Shown here: positions 21,461 to 30,584 of the stretch, one piece after another | How positions within the stretch are numbered: the first letter of the stretch is position 1 | Layout of the letters: every line of letters begins with the position of its first letter | DNA from: Schizochytrium sp. TIO01 | Lineage: Eukaryota; Protista; Bigyra: Labyrinthulomycetes | Length of the DNA stretch: 64,000 nucleotides | Reading direction: 5' to 3' | Assembly (NCBI GenBank): GCA_004764695.1 | Contig: SMSO01000005.1 | Location: 496,001 to 560,000, forward strand | Made by a program: the position numbers and the translations under genes | The notes under the pieces: generated by a model | What the model was told of the DNA's origin: nothing | Database searches by the model: none | Seen by the model: the letters and a program-made list of their open reading frames with translations, nothing else

Positions 21461-23500
21461 ATGGCGTCTGTTTCCCTTTCTGTGGTTCTGGACGTGCTTC
21501 TGATCGAGGACGATGCCGCTCGCTGCGGTGCTGCCGATTGGTCCCCAGAACCTGTTCTCGTCGCCGCTCCTGCGCCTCCCAGTGGCAAGTTTGTCGAGCA
21601 GGCCGGCCATGCTTTTCATGTGCACTGCCGCCGCGTCTGGGGCCTTACGGCTGGTTCCGAGGCTGAAAGCAGCGATGCGGAAGCCGAAAACAGCGGCAAA
21701 GATGCTCCGGGGAACGGAGACATGGATGAAGACGCAAAGTTGAGGGCTGCCTGGGAGGCTAAACGTGCTGCTCGTGAGCTCGCGGCTAGCAAGGATGATG
21801 AGGACCAGGAGAACCTCTACGAGATCCTCGGAATTGGCCACATTGGCTTCAGCGCAAGCGCGAAACAGCTCAAGAAGGCGTACCAGAAGGCTATTCTTGT
21901 ACACCACCCCGACAAGTTGAGCGAGGCCGAACGTGCCAAGGCTGAGGCGGCACAGCTGGACCGCTCTATGGAGGAGCCTATGTTCCTCAAGGTCCAGCGC
22001 GCCTGGGACATTCTCAGCAACCCGGCCAAGAAGCGCGGCTATGATTCGCAGTTCGCCTTCGACGACTCAATCCCGTCTGCCTTTGCTAAGTTTGAGAGTG
22101 ACGAGGAGTTCTTCGAGACATACGCGCCTGTGTTCGACCGCAACGCGCGATTCTCCAACAAGAAGCCCGTCCCGCCCCTGGGTGACATGAGCACTCCTCA
22201 TGCCAAGGTGCAGCACTTCTACAAGTTCTGGACATTCTTTGACTCATGGCGTGAGTTCACCAAGTTCGATGAGTTCAAGGACGGTGATCTGGAGAGCGCT
22301 GGCTCGAGATACGAGCGTAGATGGATGCAGAGACAGAATGACATCATTCGCGGCAAGAAGAAGAAGGAGGAGATTCAGCGCGTGCGGGACCTCGTCGAGC
22401 GTGCAATGGCTAGTGATCCTCGTATCCAAAGAGCCAAAGAATTGGAGCGCGAAGAGAAGGAGCGCAAGCACAAGGAGCGCAAAGCGGAAAAGGAGGCCGC
22501 AGCGAAGGCCCTTCGAGCCAAGGATGAAGCAGAACGCGAAGCGCGGGAGATCGCTGAACGCGAGGCAAAGGAGAAAGCGGAACGTGAGAGAGTGGAGAAG
22601 CAAGTAACCAAGAAAGCGTTTAAGAAACAGATTCGTATCCTACGCAAATGCTGCGATGCTGCAGCTGATATGCTCGGTATCTCGCCGCAGGAACTTTCGG
22701 ATATTTCCCACGAAATTACACATCTTTCTGAGTGGTACTCAAAGGATACCGATGTCGCCGTGTGTGTAGACGCCTTCAAAGGTGACCTTGACGTCCCCAA
22801 CGGAGAATGGTTTGAGCCCGCCACGGAGGAGACAGCTCGTGCAGGTATTGAGGCAATCCACAATCTGCACAATGCAGGCACGCAAGACAAACAGGCTGAA
22901 GACGCTGACGAGGAAGAGAAACGCAAGCGCCGCGCAGAGGAAGACGAGCGTCAACGCGCAGCACAGAAACTCGAGGCTGAGGGTGCAGCATGGAACGCAG
23001 ATGAGCTCTCTGGACTTGCCAAAGCAATTCGCAAGTTCCCACCCGGAAGTCGCAACCGTTGGGTTATGATTGCCAACTACGTCAACACACTGCCCAACCA
23101 GCCCACAGAACGCACCCCCGAGGAGTGCCTCAAGCAGTCCAAGGCAGCCGACAACGACCTTGTTGGACGCCAGCAGCTTGGAACTGCGGAAGCTGCCTTC
23201 TCTCACTACAAACGCCAGCTTGCCACGAAGACTGCCGGCCCCGCCGAGGCGGCCGACGAGGAGCCTGCAGCTGCCACATCCGCTGAAGGTGAGGACGAAG
23301 TTGAAGGCGAGGAGGATGTGTGGACCCCCGAACAGCAGGCCGCTCTTGAGGCTGCGCTCAAGGAGTTCCCCCCAAGCATGGACAAGAACGAACGCTGGAA
23401 GTCAATCGCCAAGGCTGTGCCTGGTAAAAAGAAGAAGGATTGTGTTGCTCGGTTTAAGGAACTTCGTGCTAAGGTTATGGAAAAGCGTGGAAATGCTTGA
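21461..23500 (+). CDS. DNAJC2: DnaJ homolog subfamily C member 2 / zuotin-MPP11 (ribosome-associated J-protein with two SANT domains)
   Basis: J domain (NLYEILG..HHPDK), zuotin homology region (VFDRNARFS..FYKFWTFFDSWREF..RYERRWM), charged middle region, and two SANT domains (WNADELSGLAKAIRKFPPG..RW; WTPEQQAALEAALKEFP..ERWKSIAKAVPGKKKKDCVARFK). Confidence 0.95.
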   Translation: MASVSLSVVLDVLLIEDDAARCGAADWSPEPVLVAAPAPPSGKFVEQAGHAFHVHCRRVWGLTAGSEAESSDAEAENSGKDAPGNGDMDEDAKLRAAWEAKRAARELAASKDDEDQENLYEILGIGHIGFSASAKQLKKAYQKAILVHHPDKLSEAERAKAEAAQLDRSMEEPMFLKVQRAWDILSNPAKKRGYDSQFAFDDSIPSAFAKFESDEEFFETYAPVFDRNARFSNKKPVPPLGDMSTPHAKVQHFYKFWTFFDSWREFTKFDEFKDGDLESAGSRYERRWMQRQNDIIRGKKKKEEIQRVRDLVERAMASDPRIQRAKELEREEKERKHKERKAEKEAAAKALRAKDEAEREAREIAEREAKEKAERERVEKQVTKKAFKKQIRILRKCCDAAADMLGISPQELSDISHEITHLSEWYSKDTDVAVCVDAFKGDLDVPNGEWFEPATEETARAGIEAIHNLHNAGTQDKQAEDADEEEKRKRRAEEDERQRAAQKLEAEGAAWNADELSGLAKAIRKFPPGSRNRWVMIANYVNTLPNQPTERTPEECLKQSKAADNDLVGRQQLGTAEAAFSHYKRQLATKTAGPAEAADEEPAAATSAEGEDEVEGEEDVWTPEQQAALEAALKEFPPSMDKNERWKSIAKAVPGKKKKDCVARFKELRAKVMEKRGNA

Positions 23501-24135
23501 ATCAGTTCGCAAACCAGCTGTATGGCTCTTGGAAGGTGCTCGCTCGCTGTGATATCGCACTCAACCTAAAAGTGGCCTGCCATTTGCAATTTAACTCCTG
23601 GTGTGTGACTTGCGAAAATCTTCTTTCAAGTCACACCTACTACATTTCTCTGCCCCATTTCATTAGGGTTTCACGGGTTATTTTCCGTCCATCCTTTCTA
23701 TTTTCTGAGCAGTGTTCTTCCTCAATTCCGCAGCGAGGCCCCATCTCTTCTTCCTCAATCAACTCGCTCATTCACTCAGGCCTTCTTCTGTGTTTAGTTG
23801 TCTCCTCTTATCCCTCGTACTCTCTTTCAGGAGGCCATCATCTTTCACTTCCCTCATCTTCAGCAATATGAGCAGTAAGGGTTTTAGTGCGTATGCATGT
23901 ATGTTTAATCGAACATGTAGATCTGATTGACTTGCTCATTCATTGACTTATTTGTTCGTCCAAGCGTGCATACATTCATACATACATACAAGCAAACAAA
24001 CAAACAAACAAACATCATGGCACGTCTTTGTCTTTCTGTGCAAACACCGATCGACCAAATCTCTCTTACTCTTCCTTCTTTTCCTTTTTCCTTATCACTT
24101 TTTTTCCCTGGGCCATTCCTTGCCGCACATTTTCA

Positions 24136-24984
24136 TTAGATCCGCGATCGTTGAGGACCTTTCTTCACGATGCCTGTAAACGTGGCGACAATGCGTTCGT
24201 TCACATGCAACTCACCTGAAATAAACAAAAGGTATTTTGTGCTACGCATCACTTTCCCTCTTGCCTCAACCCATTCACCTAAGCGAACTGTATTCACATA
24301 GTTCATGTTCAAGTTCGCAGTCACTGACAAATTAGGAATGTAGTCTGCCCCAATAGTAAACAGTGAAGCATCTGCCAAAGTGGCCAGACAACCACCATGC
24401 ATGACATGGCCACCGTTCAGATTTTGATCCTTGCAGTACATGCCACAAGTCTTGGTAGTAGAGTTACACCACAACGGGCCAGCTCGGTCCTCAAAGCGAT
24501 CGTGTACAAGTTTCCCATCTTCATCATGGCCTTCATCTGTAGCTCAATCATTTAAACAAAATTTACACACACCAGAGAACCCAACACCAGGGCCAAGTTC
24601 CATGCACGGTCACACGATATTTAGTGATTCCCGATCGTTAGTCTGTTCGTTCTAAGCAACACTACCACCAGAAACCCGAGCTTAATATTGGGTGAGGACG
24701 AGCTCTATCGCATGTTATTTGCTGAGCATACGTTTTTACGATTCCTGCCTTATTATGTCGGTTTTATAAGCAAAGGTCTAGGATAGGGAGATTGAGATCT
24801 CCTACAAAATACTGCGAGCGGACTGAGTTTGCTCATGCTGTTGTACCTTGCCTCGAAGGTTGTCTAAAGGACGTTCTATCTGCGCCCCGAGTAAGCCTCC
24901 TCAATGATGCCAGTCATGCAACGTACCCCAATGCCTGTAACCTGGAGGAGGAAGCAGGGGCACCTGAGTATCGACGATCGTCAT
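24136..24984 (-). CDS. PaaI-family (hotdog-fold) acyl-CoA thioesterase, 2 exons
   Basis: Exon 1 24984-24927 (MTIVDTQVPLLPPPGYRHW, donor GTACGT) and exon 2 24536-24136 total 459 nt, in frame. Motifs DRFEDRAGPLW, NLNGGHVMHGGCLATLAD, SVTANLNMNYV, GEWVEARG; ends -SRI. Confidence 0.85.
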
Positions 24985-25839
24985 CTTGCGTCAGTGTAGG
25001 ATACTGCTATTCCAGATCTGCTTCTGCCCCTCTTTTGCTCTTTCTTCCCCAGATCACTGTAATACATAGTACCTAGATACCCGTAGTAGACCTACTACAA
25101 CCATGTTTTTCCTTAATTCCCTTTCCTTTTCAGATACGGCATTTTATAAAACTCAAACAAAAGTAGAAGGATCGATAAGAGCAGCCTTTGTAGGTAGGTT
25201 CTACTAGCTAGAGTGTTTCCGCGTTTGTCTCGAGGTCTTTTACCTCTAATCCGGAGACATCTACCTACTTAAGTAGTTTGTCCTTTCCAAAGTTAACTTA
25301 GTTGCAAGTATAGCTCCTAATTAGAGAATGCTATAAATATCATATTGCATATTCTGCCTATATGAAGGTGATTGTATGGCAGTAGGACTGATGTTTTGCA
25401 ATTGAAGCTGTAAATGAAAACATAGCCTCGCCTCAATATTAGGTAGGTAGGGTACCTAGGTTTCATTGAAAGCGAATTCGAAGGGGCGCAGCTATTGAGC
25501 GATAGAAATTCGCTTTGTTATACATACGTAGATAGGTATTTTCAGCAACGAAACAAAAATTCGCTTAGGCTTTATCTATAAATTTGGCCGTCATATTGCA
25601 TCCGAAAGATTTGAACTCTGCTAATTTACAAATCAATGTTTGTCTCTGGTACGCCCCATGCCCATACAAATATGAATAGCTCAAAGCCCAAACCATTCAC
25701 TCACCCAGGTCTTTCGATCTCAGCATAATACACACCTTTTTACCTACGAAAATGTAAGAGCTTATATAAGCTCCAAATGGTAGTGTGACTATTCCATATA
25801 AATAAAATAATACATCGTAATTGTTTTGGTCTTTGTTAA

Positions 25840-26600
25840 GAAGTGGAGGCTGAGTAAGAAACTGGAATGGCCAAGGAACCACCGAGCTCCCGACACTACA
25901 ACTGACGCAAACCCTCAATCGAAATAATCAAGAACCTTGTTAAGAGGCTTGGCGCCTCAGCAGGTGCTCGTTGAGTGCCCCTAGAGAGGCAATTGCATAT
26001 ACGCAAGTGACGACGTTGAGGGCGCCTATGAGCGCGGTTTATTCCTGCGGAAGCGAGCTACGCAGCACTGACTGTGCCATTTTCTATACCATAACATCCT
26101 CCGCCAAGCAAAAAGGGAATTTCAAATGCCAGATTGGTATGCCTATCCAGATGCCTCCGCTTGTTTACAAAGGCATCGGCAAAGCAGTCAACTTCAAAGG
26201 GCCAGGCTTCCGTGCCCTACTGGACTACCGAGATTTGCTCTTTGACTTTGTGAAAACAACGGTGTTATCCTTTTGCCTAAACTTGAACACTCAACAAGAT
26301 AACAAACAAGATGGACCAAAATCAAGACTGCTCGAATGATGTCTCGTTCGTTCGTTGGCTTCCGCCAAGAGCTCATAAATAGAGCCGAGCTTTTCCTCTG
26401 CCGGTGGTGTAAACTGGTTGTTTTCCGAGATGATATGATTGATTGCACTTCAAAACCATGCAATGCATGTAACCATCCACGACAAACTCTGAGCATTCAA
26501 GGTTTTCAAATGACTTTAAAATTGCAAACACGTAGCCGATCGTGATGTCCACGCCGCCAGAGGCATCCTTTTGCAGTACCTACCCAAGAACATGATTTAA
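25840..26600 (+). pseudogene. Fanzor2 (eukaryotic TnpB homolog) pseudogene with stops, frameshifts and deletions
   Basis: The frame from 26171 reads RHRQSSQLQRARL..RFAL*LCENNGVILLPKLE..KTARMMSRSFVGFRQELINRAELFLCRWCKLVVF..CTSKPCNACNH. After a frameshift it reads KVFK*L*NCKHVADRDVHAARGILLQYL..* (stop 26598-26600). These match the Fanzor2 RuvC-II region (WLCxNYxVILLPxFE), the zinc finger (TSKxCxxC..CxxC) and RuvC-III (DRDxNAARNIL). Weaker N-terminal remnants lie near 25860-26030. Confidence 0.88.
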
Positions 26601-26730
26601 GAATTGTCTTTGAGAAAAACTCGCGATTGGGCCTTAGTCCCACTTTGTCACCATAGGAAGCGCAAGTTTTGCAAATTTTATTGACGTGTGCGTACTCTTT
26701 CTATAGAAGTACGTCTTCGACGCACTAAGG
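26601..26730 (+). ncRNA. Putative Fanzor omegaRNA scaffold (guide predicted to begin at ~26731)
   Basis: Directly downstream of the Fanzor stop. Hairpin TGGG-CCTTAGT-CCCA (26628-26642). Long stem ATAGGAAG-CGCA...TGCG-(TACT)-CTTTCTAT (26653-26704). Hairpin CGTC-TTC-GACG (26712-26722). The loop CCTTAGT is the exact reverse complement of ACTAAGG (26724-26730), forming a pseudoknot. Confidence 0.65.
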
Positions 26731-26959
26731 TAAGTACCTAAGTAAGTACCTGCCTACTAGTTAGTTAGGTAGGTGTAGCAATACTTGCTTGCACGCGACC
26801 TTCTTTTTATTTATTTTAAAAACAATTGTTTATTTCAATTAAAAGGTTTTATTTCAAAGCTGAGATGAGAACAATTCAAAGCTTACAAGGGCTTTTGGGC
26901 TCGAATGTGCGAGAAAGACCTGTGGAGAGCCTGCGGCAGAACCTGAGCGCCTGGACCAC

Positions 26960-29272
26960 ATGAAGACATGCGGGGGCGGGGCCGGGCGGCAAGGAGAACC
27001 CTCTGCTGCCCTGGAATCTGCCTTTGATGAGGTTTTGCCGCCTGATGACTTGTGCGCTTGGGAGAACCTTGACGCTTGGTCACTGATGCATGGCCTGCAA
27101 GAGCGTCTTCAGCACGGCCGAGCCCAGACGCTCTGGGGCCACTCCACACTACTATGGATGAATTCTGAGGGAGATGGAGATGGACAACACCAGGACAAAC
27201 AACAGAAACTTGATGATTGTCCAAAATCTGCCAAGCCTGACCACATATCTGCAAGGTGGATTCACGAAGCTCTTGAGCACTCAAACACCAATGTACCGTA
27301 TCAATTCGTCTTTGTAGGACTTGATCATACAACAACGACATCAAGGAGGAAACATGTCCTTAACCAAGTTTTGGCGAAGTGTGCGCAAAGCGGGAAGACA
27401 TGTGCTCAGCGCGTAGATAAACTCCGTCAGAACTTCCGTATGGCCGAGATACTAATTCAAGCTCTGCGTCTCCCGGAAGCATCTACAGGCCTCCCATTAG
27501 TGCGAAAGTTACATCTGTATTACAAGAAAACCCTCACGGTACATGCTATGTCTGAAGTCCCAGTTCTGGATCTATCACGAATGTGGGAGTTTGATCTTTT
27601 CGTTCAGCTTGCTGGACCTAAACGTGCCAAAAACACGTACGTGCGCTGTAACTATGATGATACCCAAGACCCAATTGGTGCAGAACTCCGTTTTGCGAAG
27701 AGCTTGGAGGCTTTGCAATATTTTGGACTCAATGAGGAAGAAATTACTTCCTTATTACGTATTTTCCGAGCTGTTCTTGAACTTGGTCATATCGGCTTGC
27801 AAGAATCCCATGAAGAAGCACAAACCCATGTAGAAACTGTAAGTCACCTGTTGGGAACAACCAACCTACTTCAAACCACTCTTTTTCACCCATCTTCTTG
27901 GTCAAAGAATACACATCGCTCATCAGTGGAGCGTGAAACTTTGCTTACCCGACACTCGAGGTTCGCCCGGGACGCATTGGCAGAGTCCCTTTTTGATGCA
28001 GCATTCCGTTGGATTTTAATGCGTGTCAACCGCACTCTGATGCAGGATAGCCGGGAGAGCACTGGTACGCTAGTCCCTTCTAGCACAATGAGCTTTGTTG
28101 AGATGCCAACTCTCGCCTCTATGCAACAATTTGCAACTGGGCTGCAGACTTCAAAAACTCATGCGGTTGAAGATTTGGATAGTCTTTTGCGAAATACCAC
28201 TTGCGAGACTGTACATTTACTATTGCTAAAATCATTGCGCCAAGCAGAGGTTAAAACTCAATGCCTTCTAAATGAAGTTCGAGATACAAACTTCATTCGT
28301 GCACAAGAGGCCGTAGAAAATATCCAGCACATTATTGAAATACTTGAGCACCGAGAGCAAGCACTAAAAATTCGCCATGTCATTTCACAAAGTGTCTCTG
28401 TTGAGCACTTTTGCAATACTGCTGTTTATCATGTCAAGTCAATGGAGCCCATTGATTCTGCCGGTCTTATGCGCGGACTAGCACAAACAAGCCGGAACTT
28501 ATTTCTTTGCCGCATTCTAGATGCCTGGCCTTGCAATGCTCGCTCAAGTACAATTAAAAGACATCGGATGGGTATGGAGAGCTTAATTTCTCCACTAAGA
28601 GAAGGACGTCTTCACTTTGTTGTCTGTCTGTCAAAGACACTACAGGAAAGTCTTACTGCCTTCGGGTGTATACAACTCGCTCAGGTACGCGCAGAGGCAT
28701 GTTTCCCCTTGCGAAAACCTTGGGATCTAATTATAGACATTTTGCCGGATGAAGCTCGAGCTCGATTAGGAGTGTGCGTCGATCGCAACAAAATTCGGGC
28801 AATGCTTGAGGAATACTTGCATGACCTTGATCCTGATCTCCCATTTCATGTTGGCAAACAGTTTGTCTACTTTGTGCATGAGTCATGGAACACCTTCCTC
28901 CGTGCTATTGAATTATCGCTTGCAGACAATAGGTCGCTTCAAAGCGCCGGAGGCAGCGAAATAGGGTTGGGGAACTCGTATTGGAACGAAGATGAGGAGC
29001 CCATTGAGGAGGAGCCGTCACCGCAGGAACGTCACATTGTGCACAAATATGGGCAAAATGCATTTGAAAGAAAGACCTCTTCTCACAAGCAACATTCCTT
29101 AGGCGCGGTTGACTCAGTCGAAGTGGTCGAACTTTCCAACGAACAATTTGGTCAAGTTCGAGACACAGTCAAAATTAAGCATGATAGCCTGAATTCCACT
29201 GTCCAAGAGCAAGACCAGACGCTGAAGAGCACCTTGAGGTTTGATGAATTCTTGAGTGTAACGTGGCTTTGA
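26960..29272 (+). CDS. Highly divergent myosin motor-like domain with degenerate P-loop (5' part of a myosin-IQ-PH gene)
   Basis: Myosin-head landmarks in the expected order: DDLCAWENLD..LMHGLQERL..TLWG..LLWMN; PDHI; ALQYFGLNEEEITSLLRIFRAVLELGHI; ARDALAESLFDAAFRWILMRVNRTL; VEHFCNTAVYHV; LHFVVCL; FPLRKPW; FHVGKQFVYF. The GESGAGKT position reads GLDHTTTT. Confidence 0.78.
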   Translation: MKTCGGGAGRQGEPSAALESAFDEVLPPDDLCAWENLDAWSLMHGLQERLQHGRAQTLWGHSTLLWMNSEGDGDGQHQDKQQKLDDCPKSAKPDHISARWIHEALEHSNTNVPYQFVFVGLDHTTTTSRRKHVLNQVLAKCAQSGKTCAQRVDKLRQNFRMAEILIQALRLPEASTGLPLVRKLHLYYKKTLTVHAMSEVPVLDLSRMWEFDLFVQLAGPKRAKNTYVRCNYDDTQDPIGAELRFAKSLEALQYFGLNEEEITSLLRIFRAVLELGHIGLQESHEEAQTHVETVSHLLGTTNLLQTTLFHPSSWSKNTHRSSVERETLLTRHSRFARDALAESLFDAAFRWILMRVNRTLMQDSRESTGTLVPSSTMSFVEMPTLASMQQFATGLQTSKTHAVEDLDSLLRNTTCETVHLLLLKSLRQAEVKTQCLLNEVRDTNFIRAQEAVENIQHIIEILEHREQALKIRHVISQSVSVEHFCNTAVYHVKSMEPIDSAGLMRGLAQTSRNLFLCRILDAWPCNARSSTIKRHRMGMESLISPLREGRLHFVVCLSKTLQESLTAFGCIQLAQVRAEACFPLRKPWDLIIDILPDEARARLGVCVDRNKIRAMLEEYLHDLDPDLPFHVGKQFVYFVHESWNTFLRAIELSLADNRSLQSAGGSEIGLGNSYWNEDEEPIEEEPSPQERHIVHKYGQNAFERKTSSHKQHSLGAVDSVEVVELSNEQFGQVRDTVKIKHDSLNSTVQEQDQTLKSTLRFDEFLSVTWL

Positions 29273-29313
29273 TGAAAATTTAAAAGGAACAGCATACTCT
29301 CTTTCACCCGCAG

Positions 29314-30584
29314 ATGAGAAATCTGCTAGTCGAAGAATCTCACAGATCTCTCGCCACGCATCATCCCATCAGTCCTCATCTCCAATAGCAAGCGGAAATA
29401 ATCCATTCATAATAACTGGGCGACGCTCGCAACGGCTTGCTGCGTACCGTGAGCAAGCTGTACTTCTGATTCAGCGTACTTGGAGAATGTGGTCATGCAT
29501 ACGGCGATTAACAGGACTTGACGCACGCCGTAGGCGCTGGAGAAAGTTTCTTCGTCCAGATGAAGCGGTGGTAATTACCTCTTTAGTAGTAAAGACAGTT
29601 ACTGTGTGGGGACGCAGGCCGAGACGCAATGTTCAAGCTCAGCATTTAAGTTCTAAAACTTTGCAGGGGAAATCTCCAGACGTATCTTTGGATAGTACAA
29701 GGTCCCCTGGCAGCGGTGATAGACTTGAGAGTAACGTATCTCAGATTAATGGAAGTTCAGGCACTATTTCATCGACTGTGCATGCACAACATGCAAAGCA
29801 CAGTATTAAGAGCCGCAAAATTCGCCAGCTCATATACACTTCTGGACCTCATCCACGTTTGTTCTATATTGACCCTTTTAGTGGCGAATTTAAAGGAGAC
29901 ATTGCCTGGGAAGAAGGCTCGACCTATGCAGTGGCCACATCGAACGCAGACTTTGTCGTATACTCAATTCCTGACCCATTTAAAGCAAAGACAGAGTGGC
30001 ATTTTACTGTCATCCCATCAACAAACGACGCTCTTGCTCAAGATTGGGTCCGGGCTCTGCAGCGTGCTTATACGGTTCCTCAACTCTTTCGCTTTCCGCG
30101 TGGAGTTTTTGAATACACGCCCACACAACGGGCGATGAGCACAGGGCCTTTACTGAAAAGGACATGGTCAGCAACAGGGGCGACGTGGAGGGAGCATTAT
30201 TTTGTACTTCGGGTAAACTCTCTGGAGTGGTTTCGTCGGAAAGGAGATGTTGATTGTCGAGGTTTCATCATAATTGATCATTGCACTGGTGTTTACGCAA
30301 GTAAGGAACAGTTCAGCTTCGAAATTACATCACCATCCTTGGCGAAGCCACTTCGCCTTCGAGCTAACTCGGAGGACGAACTTTTTTATTGGGTCACAGC
30401 CATCACTCGTGCCATTACGACATCGTTCGAAAAAGCTGATTTTTTGCCCAAACCCCTTCCCCAACTTGCGTTAACACCAAAGGACAATGGCACTACTATC
30501 AGCAATTCCCAAAAAGCACAATGTAACAGTTCCTTACACCCAGCGACCAAGTCTTTAAGCATCGTTACAAGCGATCTGGTCTAA
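29314..30584 (+). CDS. IQ motif + PDK1-type PH domain + second PH domain; probable 3' exon (tail) of the myosin-like gene
   Basis: The frame is open from 29262, upstream of the track's ATG, and includes AVLLIQRTWRMWSCIRRL (IQ motif). WRKFLRPDE..RQLIYTSGPHPRLFYIDP..KGDIAW is PDK1/Pkh PH-like. GPLLKR..TWREHYFVLRVNSLEWF..LRLRANSEDELFYWVTAI is a canonical PH. A pyrimidine-rich acceptor ends at 29313. Confidence 0.75.

Larger units (their letters stand above)
25461..26730 (+). mobile_element. Degenerate Fanzor2 / IS607-like element (left end tentative)
   Basis: Contains Fanzor2 ORF remnants and an omegaRNA-like 3' end terminating ...CTAAGG. The candidate left end follows ...CCTAGG and carries repeated AATTCGCTT motifs (inverted pair 25469-25478/25507-25516, direct copy 25557-25566). 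Both flanks are TAGG/TACC-rich. Confidence 0.55.

Noticed and set aside
25971-26545. ORF-track proteins of 122 aa and 69 aa as independent genes
   Set aside because: They are chance or partial frames within the decayed Fanzor2 sequence.
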